Shown here: one piece after another, positions 11,501 to 23,649 of the stretch
Position numbering within the stretch: the stretch's first letter is position 1
Layout: each line of letters begins with the position of its first letter
Source: Ancylonema sp.
Taxonomy: Eukaryota
Assembly (NCBI GenBank): GCA_050230475.1
Contig: JBFLGF010000091.1
Coordinates: forward strand, 1-64,000
Length of the DNA: 64,000 nt
Direction of reading: 5' to 3'
Position numbers and translations under genes: made by a program
Notes under the pieces: model-generated
The model's database searches: none
Told to the model about the DNA's origin: nothing
What the model saw: only the letters and a program-made list of their open reading frames with translations

Positions 11501-14107
11501 ACACAAACAAACATACAAACACACAAAACCTTTCAGGCAAAAAAAAAAAAAAACCCATTTTTTTTTTACGTGCCCAACAGGTAGTTGGTGCTCACTCGAA
11601 ACTCCCCTCATGCCTTTCCGCTTTCACCACTTTCCTCATGGGAGAAATTTTCGCCCAAGTAAGAAGCCGACTCGTGGCTACGATGCTGAATTTCTTTGCA
11701 AACTCGATGCATATCCCTATTCTTCCAATTATCAAACCACCCATCTCTTGACATCATCGATGGATCGATTGATCGATTGCAGCGCGCATGACTCCCAACG
11801 CTAACTCGACCACATTCCATTCTTATTCCATTCTCATTCCATTCTCATTCCATTCTCATTCCATTCTTATTCCATTCTTATTCCATTCTCATTCCATTCT
11901 CATTCCATTCTTATTCCATTCTCATTCCATTCTCATTCCATTCTTATTTTAGGATCCTGTGAGGGCGAGCGACAAGCCTCTGTCCCTCAGCGGTTGTTAC
12001 CACCTCGAGGAGGAGGACGCCATGGTGTACCGCCGACCGTATCTGACAAGCGGCATGTCGGGATTCGCGCTCGTTGCCATCACGAGGGCGCTTCAAAAAG
12101 AGCTCAAGGTACGGAGGGGCGGATTCGTGGGAGGTCGGGGAGCCTCCAAATAATAAAAAGACTTGTGTCCCTATGGGACCTCCGTCGGAGCAGCGTGCAT
12201 GTGCGCCAAAGTGTTTCGAAATGACGGTTTTTTTGTTTTTTGTTTTCTGTTGTTTGTTTTTTTGTTTAAGCAAGTAAATTTCTTAGAGGCGTTTAGGAAA
12301 TTAAAGGAACCCCGATGCCGGAAACTTTGGTTAAGAACCATTTTTAGTAAGAAACTAGTTTTGAACTGTTTTTTCAGTTGGTGGGTGTTACAATACAGTA
12401 TGTAACACTTGTCACAAACATTTGATGAAAAAGAAAAAAAATACTGTTTTTTTTTTTTTTTAGTTATTTATACCAAGGCTCAAATTGTCTACCAAAAATC
12501 TCAATCGTGACAGTTTCTGGGCCTTGTTTGTGCTTTTTTAAGGTCACGATTCCCCAGACGAAGCTTTTTTTGGAGTCGGCCGAGTGGACAATTGCAACAA
12601 ATGTGATTTGGGGTATGAAAGATCGGTGGCTGGATTTCGCAGGGGTCGAAATGTTTTGTCGAGAAGTCCGAGCTGACTTGTCAAAGCTTTCGGAGGTATG
12701 TAGTGTGCACACGGGGTACAGTTTGCATATTGGGTGAAATTAATAATTAAATTTGATTCAACATTAATAATTTAATTTGATTCAATATTTATTTATTTAA
12801 AAAAAAATAAAAAAAATAAAAAAATCAGTTCTTTTTAAATCTTACAACCAAGTTTATTGTGTTGGTTTAAATTAATGAACTGTTGGTCCAGAAAATCCTT
12901 TTAATAAGAGATTAGGATTTTATTTTAATATATTTAGAGCAATACAGGGATGAACAACAGGTAGAGCTGCCACACCACCATGAAAACGCACAAATAGGAG
13001 GAGGACAAACAGAAGAACTTATTCGTGCACAAAATCAAGGAGATACATAAGTATAGTTACGTGCAATCAGTACCAATTAGTATACTAGCTAACGCTTTGA
13101 TTTTTGTTTCTCAACTTATATTTGTAAATATATTGTCAATATATTAATCTCAATATATTATCTCTATAAAAATGGTAGGTTGTTGTTTGTAGAATCAAAT
13201 ATAATATCAAATCAACAAAAGTCACCCCTTATCTTCCTAAAAAAAAAATCTTAAAAGGCTTTGTGTAATTGGGAAAATTCTATTATTTCTTTATATTTTA
13301 AGCTAGGGTTCTTTTTTTCTATTTGACCTATAATATACTATAGTTTGACCTATAATTTAGTACTATATATTATAATATAGTATAATATAGTATTAAGGCT
13401 TTGTTATCTCCGGATTATATATTTCAGTGGCTTTATCGAATTGAATCTGATTTAGCAAACTTTTCAGTGACTCTAAAAGCTCTGGATCTTTAAACTATGG
13501 AAGTGTATTATTGTCTAACATGTTGCAAAGTATTGATTCGGCAATTTTTATTTCAATTTTAGAAATAATAATTTTCTGATATAAATTATTCCAATAATAA
13601 CTTTCAAATTGTTATTTTTTAATCATGTTTTTGCGATTATAATGTTTTATATTGTTAGTTACAAATTCATCATGTTTCTTTTTTTGAATTCTATTCTATT
13701 CATATTGAGATGTATAACTTTTGAGTCACGGGTATCACATCGCCACTAGGCACTATTTCTTTGACATTCGAAGGCATTCAATCGAAATAACTAATATGTA
13801 AGTTGCCATGGGATATATTTGGTTTCTAGTATTGAGGTTGTGTTGTAGTGTGGCCTTCTAAATAAAAGTGGTGTGAGTAGTCCTTCATACTTACTTTATT
13901 CAACCCGTTTGTCGTAGGAAGCAATGGATGTAATTTGAGTATATTATACATGGAATGGTTGTTGGCGATGGTGCTATTAGGTAAAGTATGGATCCCAAAA
14001 TTGATAGTACCAAAAAAAAAAAAATGTTGCAGGTCGGACATCATGCTCAAGAGGATTATGGAGAAGTTGTGGGTGATATGGTCAGAAACCTTGCAAGAAA
14101 AACGTGA
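8540..14107 (+). CDS. Plastid-targeted alpha/beta-hydrolase fold protein (haloalkane dehalogenase/epoxide hydrolase-like; resembles Arabidopsis AT1G52510), 8 exons
   Basis: GT-AG exons 8540-8816, 9793-9949, 10374-10641, 11089-11169, 11581-11658, 11953-12108, 12543-12695, 14033-14107. Motifs LLHGLPSQSYSYR, APDWLGFGFSDKPQ, WGMKDRWL, GHHAQED; N-terminal transit-like peptide. Confidence 0.92.
9480..9780. repeat. Imperfect (TTC/TCC)n pyrimidine tract at the 3' end of hydrolase intron 1
   Basis: Directly visible; source of spurious poly-L/F/S/E/K ORFs. Confidence 0.9.
11812..11945. repeat. Tandem 11-mer (CATTCCATTCT/TATTCCATTCT)n minisatellite before a 3' splice site
   Basis: About a dozen units directly visible upstream of the acceptor AG at 11951-11952. 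Confidence 0.9.
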
Positions 14108-16587
14108 TACATCTTTTGGTAAATGTCCAATGAGAGTTGTATATAGAAGTCAAAGTTTGCTTGTACACATGTGATGCTCTTAATGTAAGTAAAGCGATTA
14201 AGGTAGTGGGAATGATGACGTAGTTAGTCGATGTAAAGGACTTGGCTCTTGGATATCATCACGAATTGCTTTCCTTACGAAGCACACATAGCACTTTCAG
14301 ATTCTTTTGCCGTTACACACGGGTGTTTTTTTAATCACAACATTGGCCGAAAATTAACATCGTAGCGTGCAGCTTTTATATTTGAATCATAGCAAGATGT
14401 TTGACGTCTAAGAAAAATAACATCCTAAGATATAAAAAATACGATAAAATGCACCTTCCTCTAGATGTTCGCAATCGTTGATGCACAAGTGAGTAAAGAC
14501 TTCTTGATGGCTTGGTGGTATTTGAACACAAACTCTCAATCTTTTTCCAAGTTTCATTCACTGCATTCCACTGTCTGCAAACACTCGCGACTCACTAATC
14601 TAGCGATTAGTTTCTTATTACACTAATAACCTATAGTTTTCGATACCTATCTTCACCTATATTATACTACATCTATATGCTTAACACCGAAGAGACTCGT
14701 GAATCTGCATGAAGAGCGAGAGCTTAGATGGCAAAAGTAGATGGAAGTGCGGTTCACTTTACAAGATATCGATGATATCGAGTATCAATGATAATGACGA
14801 GCAAAACTCTTGAGTTTGCAAATGAGAGCCACGACTCTGAAATAAAACACGTGATAGACCTCCAAAAGAGTTGACTTGAAGTGTTTTGGGATGTAGGAAA
14901 CTCCCAACTTTTCCACTTTAGAGTCTGGTGACAAGTATGCCCGAGTGGGAAAAATGTGGGAAGATCACTTCAAACCGATGAGCCCCATCTTGGATCCCTC
15001 CCTTTCTCACGACGAGGAAATGGACCCTCGGTGAGAAGATGAAGTGCAAAAGGAGATACGTCACTACATCCGCACTTCCTCCCCTCAACTCCGCACCGGG
15101 ATTTTCGTCTCAACGATTCTAATCCGAATCTCTACCTACGGAGTAGGTAGAGATTACTCCATACTCGTAATAGGAAGACCTTACCCAAGAGCAAGAAAAT
15201 CAAGTGGAATCCGGTGCGGAGGTGTCCCCAGTGAGTGATCCACCGGTGGTAGCAAGTACCACAACGACAAGTTCACAATTCCTTTTGGACGAACCGCCCC
15301 CATATAACATTTCAGTTTTAATGAGTATGGATGGAAACATGACCACCTAACGTGTTTAACAATACAAAAAATACATTGGGTTAGCAGAGGCGTATCCAAC
15401 AAGAACAGAAAAAACCTTGACATGCGGGGCATAGACATGAATGCTTGTGTTGGAGCAATGGCACAGGATGCGGTTGATGTTCCGCCTTGGGGCAACCCAA
15501 GAAAAAAAAAATCCCGCCGCCTTCAAGACACGAGAACACAACATTCCGTTGTCCGAGCGGAAAGATGACCTCTAAATATTGACGTCTGGAGAAACATAAC
15601 AATGAAAATGGGAGTTCAATAATCAAGCCAAACGTAGAAATGTAGGTAGACCAATTAGATAAGATGCTATGAATGGTATTGTACATGGGGTCTAGCGATA
15701 CAACTCTAAAAAGGGTGCTTGTGGGTAGAGTGGAAGAATTGATATGCTTAGTCTCCTAAACTATAACAACTTTTGTGTGCAAAGACGTACGCCAATATAG
15801 TTTTATGTATTTCACGATAATTATTGGCTTTATTGGAGTTGATTTACTATTTTTCCCAACCCTTTGCGCACATTGTGAATGGTGTCATTTAATTGGTATG
15901 AGATGTTGAAAGATTGAACCTAGTCTTTGTTGGGCACGAGCCGCTCGATGATTTTCGACCGCACTAAGTCTTCGCCTAGACAGTCATTAGGCCCATAATG
16001 TATAAGTTATATTTCAGTCATGATGGATCAAGGGTATGCAAAAAAACATCTTTTGGAATAGTGGTAAATATACGCTCATCGTCGGATTGGTATATCCCGA
16101 AGATCGTACATTGATAATCACACTTCGACGGTCGGATTCTTCGACGGTCGGATTATTCGACCGTCGCCCACTTAAATGAATACAACACGGAAAGTTCATC
16201 GGCATTGTTGCTGGACTCAATCGTCCCATTATAATTCAAGCAATCGTGACGTGACCCCGCCATATATACATTCTAACAACAATAACTCAAACTTGCAACA
16301 ACTACAAGCGAGACACACGCTCGGTGTTGCCGGACTTGTGACTATAGAAAGGCGATCGGATGCCCAATTGTGCGTGTGGTGTACCCGACTCCATTAACTA
16401 GACATGGTGGCATGCAAACCGCACTAAAGCATTAACCGGACTAAGGCAATCAAGGTAGTGTGTCTATACGAACTACCAAATCCCAACAAAAAAGGTCCAA
16501 CAAAATATGCCACATGTAAATCAAGTGAAATCGGTGACACGTTAGTGATGAAAATTGTATACGAGAATGACGAGTAAATCATTTTTC

Positions 16588-16705
16588 GCAGTGATACGAC
16601 TGGATACCCCCCGATACGTCGTCGAATACGCCGATACCGATACGGATACGCCGATACAACGCTTTTTACCCGCGATACGGAAAAACCGGGTACCGATACC
16701 GCAAA
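16588..16705. mobile_element. Probable hAT-type MITE end fragment (GATAC/CGATAC subterminal repeats)
   Basis: Clustered CCGATAC/GATACG motifs after CAGTG; no second end or TSD found. Confidence 0.4.
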
Positions 16706-16877
16706 TAGCTTACACGTGGAGAAATTTTCCACATGTTCCCAAGGTTCTTCCTTCACTTATGTCCGCACATGTAGGCTTTGAACGATAGTGTTGTGTGCCC
16801 CCGCTTTTCGCCCCGCTCGGCGTTCCGGGCGAAAATTTCCGCTGGGGGCGGAGCTAACTACGATGGGAGAAACTGAT

Positions 16878-17167
16878 GGGAGAAACTATGATTGCGGGCA
16901 CCCCCCAAAGCGACTGCGGGCACCCCCCTCCGACAGCCCCGCAGTCTTTCCCTTAAAATAAGGTAAGTTCAAAAAATTCTAGCTTCCAAACAATTTGCGA
17001 TATTTAAAATATTTTTTCTGCTTACTGTAGACAAAACTACGAACTAAATAGTAACATTTTTTTCATATTTTTTTTCGATCAATGTAAATTCGGAAAAATG
17101 GAGAGACTTCGGGCTTGTCGGAGGGGGCTGCCCGCAGTCGCTTTGGGGGGTGCCCGGAGTCTCTCCC
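16878..17167. repeat. Inverted-repeat (foldback/MITE-like) element
   Basis: GGGCACCCCCCAAAGCGACTGCGGGCACCCCCCTCCGACA (~16896-16935) is the near-perfect reverse complement of ~17117-17156; extends to GGGAGAAACT/AGTCTCTCCC. Confidence 0.7.
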
Positions 17168-18759
17168 TATGATGATATGCGAGGCCGTGACATAGATTGT
17201 ACACGCCCGTCCAAATCTCCGCCGGGCTGCGCCCGCGGGCGGAACACGGGCGGGAATGTCCACGTGGCGTGCGGGTATATAGATCTTTTTTAGGATTCTG
17301 GTGTTTTCAGTTTTTATAACTCCACATTGATCGAAAAAAAAAGAAAAAGTGCTAATATCAACGACGTAGTTTCATCTACATTATTAAAAAAAAAAAAAAA
17401 AAAAAAAAAATCATGAAACGTCTAGAAAGACGCATTTTATTCAAGCACGATGGGAACCCCATCTGAGTACAACACCAACGTTATCATACCAACCTAAAGG
17501 AACAGAAGAAGGAAAACAACCCCAATCCTAAAATAACCGAGCAACAATCCTTAACTCTGCTGACGACAATAACGCCCGCGGATGGGGAAGTTATGCTAGA
17601 AGTTATGTTTTTTTTAACTTGCTGTCTTAAAATCCCGAAATTCAGCGCGCCCGGAAGGGGCGGCCGGGCGGCGCCTGCAGGCGCAGGCGGTCGGAAATAT
17701 CCCCGCCCGCAGGCGGATCTATCTATGGCTCTGAGGAAGTTTTTACCTAGTTCATGTTTTTGTGAATAGGTTCAAACGCCTCCGTGAATCCCAGATTCCC
17801 ACGACAGCGTGGCTGCCACATGTCGGCCCTGCGTTTAAAGCTACAACCTCTGACTGGGCGCAGCTGAGCGTTGATTTGGCAACAGAACCCCTCCAAAAAG
17901 ATATCGAAACGTGGTTCCTCTTCAGCAGCGGTTCAGATCGCCACCATCGCGGGCCTCAACAGCTCAACATGACGCTAGGGGACCGTACGGCTGGCGTGGG
18001 GCGCCTAGCGGCAAGGGGAGGTTTTTTTTGCTCGAACCGGAAATGGAGATAACAGGGAGGGGACTAGAAAGGTAGTTCAGAGGACGTTATAATTGGAGAT
18101 ACAGATCCTACCGCCGGCACTGTAGTGGCAGCGTTCAGCAACGAGGCAAATGCCCTGTCCGCACGAACATTTGTTGGCGTGTCCTCTTCAGTTTCACTAT
18201 TCGTAGTTCTGCGTTCTTTGTAAGAGTTTTTTTTTTTGAGCTAGTCTCGGTGATGATTCGTAATTGCATTTTTGTCCACGCGCAGTCAAGAATTTCTTGC
18301 TGAATACCGTTTTCTATTTTGTTTTTATAAAATAAAGTAAAAAAATCCTGTCAAACAGTTCTTCGGTGGACATTCACTTCCATGATGTGACTGGTGATAC
18401 TTTCGCAACATCATCGAGATTCACGGCCGACATCCATTCCACTTTGTTCGAGTACTCCAAGTGACATCAGCAGTTCCGTCAAAAGGTATAGTAGCTGACG
18501 CGGTATACAGTAACACCGCACATCCGCACATCTGCCGCTTTTAATTTAGTTCGTCAGAAATCGTCTCTAGCATTCAGCGGATAAGTACGTCATACTCGCC
18601 TACGCTTAGAAGCCCCCCGAACCTCACTTAACACCTCCAGCTGCGAAAGCACCTGCCTCGCACCTGCCTCATTCAAAATCCCCACTTCCTTCAAGAAAAT
18701 CATACAACTTCGTTGCCCCAAATCCGGCCCCTCGATTCTACTTCCCCGATTGTCTTCCT

Positions 18760-21700
18760 ATGACCGCTGATACTTCTCGGAGGCCGGGAGGTGGTGGATC
18801 GCCCCCCGGACAAGGCGAAGACGCGTCCCTTCTTCCCACGGCCTTTTCTGTTGGCTCTTCTTCCTCGTCTCTCGGGCCTAAGACTCGCACAGATTCCTTC
18901 ACCCCCTCGCCCCGCAGATGGGGCAGTGGACCCTGGGGAGGCGGCGGAAAGTTTTGGCTTCGGCTGAGTCTTTTGGTCGCCTGCGCTTCATTGACGACTT
19001 GTACCTTCATTACCGTAGCCATCACGATGGGATGTGGGGTGGCGGAAAGCAAATCAGTGGGAATCAAGTCGTGGTGGACAGAAGAACCCAAACCTCCCTG
19101 CTTTGCTTACATTGTTACAGGTACAATTCGGGCTGGGAATTGGAATCGATAGGAATGTGGTACAACATAGTTGAACTCACTACTGAGCAGGATTTGGTCG
19201 GTGGAAATGGGCGATGCCACGCTTTGGATGGAAATGAAAATGATGTGGATGGTGGCACTTCATAGTGTCAGACAGCACTGATTACTGATCACTGGTTACT
19301 GGTTATATCTGAGTGTCGATGTTGGTCTCGGGAGTTGCATGCTGTCCGCTTACGTCATGGTTAAATTAAACCCCGCCCTGCCCTACCCTACCCTCTCCTG
19401 CCCTGCTGTACTTTCCTGACATCTCCGAGTCTCAATATCTGGACAGGGGCCACGGGCAAGTTGTAGGCTCAGAGACTGACAACCTTGAAAATCTTATCTT
19501 CACATAGGAACTGGTTCACCTTTTTTTTAATGGCTTTGGCATGAGCGTTGTAGCACAGGAGTGGAAAGTTGATTTGCTCTGGTATCTAGCATGTAGCCCT
19601 ACCAGGAAGATGGAAATGGAAGTGATGCATACATGGATACATGATGACATGGTTACATGGTTACATGTGTACATGGTTACATGGTTACTGTCATACATGG
19701 TTACAATAAGGGTCGGCCACTTTTCAGTATCTCTCTGAGTACGGCAAATTTTACTAAACGTAGCTCGTAGCTCTAGGCTATAGAATCTAGAAGCCCCTGT
19801 GCAGCCATGCAGAACGGCTTTCTCTTTACCCGTCGATGTAGTCCAGGCATCACCTCCCGTTCACCATCTTCTCATGGGCCAGAGACGAGATTACCTTCTC
19901 GTTTCTGAGTTGCAGTAAAAGTAGGTTGAGAGCAGGTGGGGAGGGGGTGAGTAATCAGTTGAGGGGGTGAGTTTATGGAGGAACTTATGAGTAGCAGGTA
20001 TAGTAGCAGGATGCTTCTGTATTGTTGGACTGGGCGAGAAACACCACGGCATGCCAGGTGGCACTTTGACACTGGGGCCTGTTGCAGGCTATCAATGGAG
20101 TGCTGTTGCGGACACGATCGAAAGTGTGTACAAATCATACACAGTCAACTGGCATAAATTGACAGCACAGAGATTCTTTAACCGGGTCTCAACCTGGGAT
20201 ATGTCAGCTGGGTGGAGGTACAGTGGCATGCCAGCTGGCAGTCTTTGTGCCAGCTCGATGGTTGCACCTGTTCGTGGAGGTCCAACCTCAACTCCGTCCA
20301 TGTTTGTCAGGGGGGGCATCATTCTACTGCGCGTCTTTCAGGGTACCAAATCAGAGTTTTTGGTGTGTCACGGAGTGTCCTTCGTCCCCACCCTCCGAAC
20401 GTCATGGATACCATTCCTCACACCTTCTCCTTTCTCCCCCACACCCGTCCCCAGGCAGCAAAGGTGACGCCGTCCGCATGAAGCGCCTCCTCCAGGCCAT
20501 CTACCATCCCCGAAACGAGTACATTCTGCACCTGGACCTAGAGGCGCCCTTCCGAGAGCGGGTAGAGCTGTCCAGGTTTGTGAGGCTGCAGCCCACTTTT
20601 GCGCAGGTGGGCAACGTCCACATGGTCGCGAAATCGAATCTGGTGACGTATAAGGGGCCCACCATGCTCAGCACGTATTTGCACTGCATGGCCATCCTGC
20701 TGCGGAAGAGGAAGGACTGGGACTGGTTCATCAACTTGAGCGCGTCGGACTACCCGCTGGTCACGCAGGATGGTGGGGGGGGATGATGATGGTAGTGATG
20801 ATTGTGATGATGATTGTGATGAAGATGATGATGATGAGGATGAGGATGAGGATGATGATGAGGATGATGAGGATGATGATGATTGTGATGATTGTGCTGC
20901 TGATGATGGTGTGGGTGATGATGATGAGGCGGATGATGATGAGGAGGATGATGATGAGGAGGATGGTGATGTTGATGATGATGGTGATGTTGATGGTAAA
21001 TGCAACATCGAGAATGGTGTAAACATGTGTTAATAACTCCGAAAATGGAGGAGTAGCAAGATCAGGAGCCATTCAGTCTCGGTACGGACAGCTAACCACC
21101 TTCTTTTATTTGCATCTGGGGGAGGTAGATCTGATCCACACCTTCTCCTTCCTGCCACGAGACTTAAATTTTGTGCAGCACAACTCCGAACTCGGGTGGA
21201 AAGAGTGAGTAGTGGACCACAATTCTGATTTTGAAATGGAAAAGAACCCTGGGCATTCCAGTCCTCCCTCTTCATAGGCACCCTGTCGGTTGGGGGTTAT
21301 TCGGTGCCTACAGAGAGGGAGGGACTTCAGTAAGGGTAGAATGTATGAAATTTTGGATTACTTTATGGAGGTGTGCCTACACAGAGGGGTGCTTATGAAG
21401 AGGGATGACAGTACCAGTCATTTGAGTCCATGACCCTGCGGTTCATTTTGTACTAAAGTATGGTGGAAGTGGGAAAAAATATATGTGGTTTCCGGGAAGG
21501 GATTTTCCGGACAAGTTCTTTCTTACTTCATCTGCATGCTTCCATTTCTTTCTCGAGTTCAGGCCCAAACAGGGGCTGTAGGTGTCACATCCGGATCCTG
21601 ATCCGTTTGTCCATCTGCACTGCCCAGTCTCAGCACCGAGGTTGGGGGTGGGGTTGGGGTTTGATTGGGGTTCAGGGCTCAGAGGGCGCGTCCAATCGTG

Positions 21701-23313
21701 GTCGATCCTGGTTTGTACAGCAGCACGAAAACGGACCTGTTCTGGGCCACGCAGGACCGACAAGTACCCACGTCCTTCAAACTGTTCGAAGGTATGGTTC
21801 TTGGTTTTCGAAGGACAGCTGGCATGCTCGGATGGGACAGGAGCAGGAGGGACCGGTGTGAACGCTCCCAGGAGTTTCTGGGGTCAGCGCTGTTGTTCTG
21901 CAAGAGTCTACTGCTTTTTCCCGCACGTTTTTGCAACAATTCCGTCGATATCATATGCCCTAAAAAACACCATGAATCTTTCCCCAACCCCCAACCCCCA
22001 ACCGCCAACCCCCAACCATCACCGCAACCCATGTTCTCCACCCTTCACCCCCCCCAACCCCCCTGCAGGGTCCGCTTGGGTGATCCTGACCCGCTCCTTC
22101 TCCGAGTACTGCATCTGGGGTTGGGATAACCTCCCCCGCCTGGCCCTCATGTACTACACCAACTTCGTGTCCTCCTGCGAGGGCTACTTCCAGACCGTGG
22201 TGTGCAACTCGAGGGAGTACCGCAACACCACGGTCAACAGCGACATGCACTACATACAGTGGGACAACCCGCCACTGCAGGTGGGGGTGGGGGGGGTATA
22301 CCTTGCGAGGGGGTAATGCGTGCCAGATACCCAAAACAGTGTAAATCTCTATCAAACAGTGGAAAAGCATAGAAGTAAATGAAAGGAAGCCCGAAAGAGG
22401 GAGAAAAGAGAGCACAAACCCTGTGAAAAGGGGAGGGGGAATGTTGAATAGAGAAGAGGAAATACGTGTCCCTCTGAGTGCGTTTCAGGAGAGAAGACAA
22501 TCGAAGGGGTAGGGGGATAGACAAGATTGTTTTATTGGTGCTTGTATCTTAACCAGGATTCTTGTGATATATTGCCTCAATGCAAACGACCTGTCTAGTC
22601 CTAATCCCCATCCCTGAAACCAAAATCTGCCTAAACCTGAATCCGTTCCCCCCCCCATTTCCTCTCTCTCCAGCATCCTAAATTGTTGACCCCGGCCATG
22701 TACCCGGATATAGTCAATGCAAGCGTCCCCTTTGCGCGAAAGTTCCCGGCGTCGTCCAGCCTGCTGGACAAAATCGACGCGTGAGTGCTTCCCTCCTTGT
22801 TCACACGTGGCGCCAAAACACGCCACGTGGCGCCATCAGGGGTCCCTTGTTGCTTTTGCCTTTAGGGAACGGGTTTATCTAGCCAACGGTTACGGGATCA
22901 ATCCTTTAAACTGAGAAACTGTTGCAAGGACACCACACCTACACTGTAACCTACAATGTACAGTGTACAATCATTTGAAAGAGGTCAAAAAGTTATTATT
23001 GTCCCGTTTGGGCATCCTGCCCCCACCCCCCCCCCCCCCCCACCCCCCCACCCACCCCCCCCCCCCCCCCACCCCCCCACCCACCCCCCCCAACCCCAAC
23101 CCCTCCATGCTTTCCAGAGAGTTGTTGGGTCGTAAACCGGGGCGTTTCGTAGCGGGAGGGTGGTGCGTTGGGTCGTCCAAGGGGGGGAAGGATCCGTGCG
23201 CGAAACTTGGAGATCCGTCCATCATCCGACCAACGGAAAACGCAAGGAGACTCGAGAGGAAGGTGGCGGATCTGTTGGCACCGAAAAAGTTCCGACACCG
23301 GCAGTGTGAATGA
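18760..23313 (+). CDS. Glycosyltransferase family 14 (core-2/I-branching), beta-glucuronosyltransferase GlcAT14-like, 7 exons
   Basis: Exons 18760-19120, 20455-20772, 21129-21204, 21676-21791, 22069-22280, 22674-22780, 23118-23313. Type II TM anchor; motifs YHPRNEYILHLD, WDWFINLSASDYPLVTQDDL, GSAWVILTR, WDNLPR, EGYFQTVVCNS, PFARKF. Confidence 0.93.
20782..20997. repeat. Imperfect (GAT/GAG)n microsatellite in GT14 intron 2
   Basis: Directly visible; source of poly-D/M/S/I ORFs. Confidence 0.9.
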
Positions 23314-23649
23314 GGGGGGGGGGAAGCAGAGGCTGAGGGAGTGGCGGATTTGTTGAAATAAGTGTGCGGTCTACGGGCTTTGGTTGTCATGTGGAGGGTG
23401 AGAGGCGTAACTACATGTTGTGGTTTTTGCATATACATTCGATGCGCTTGTCAAGTACAGGCGCGTACGGTTAGATTTCAATCACGTTGAGAAAGGAAAT
23501 TACAGTTTTGTCGTTGTATGCTTTATGAAGGCATCTAAGTTTAGGCACCTGGTGTGCACACCAAGTGGAGGACCGACATTTGTAAGCAGTAAATGACCAT
23601 TTTTTTGTTTTCGGTTCTTTCTTTTTGTTTTGTTTTTGCTCGGGGCTCC

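Noticed and set aside
20538..21072. Poly-Asp/Met/Ser/Ile ORFs
   Set aside because: Translations of the intronic (GAT)n microsatellite.
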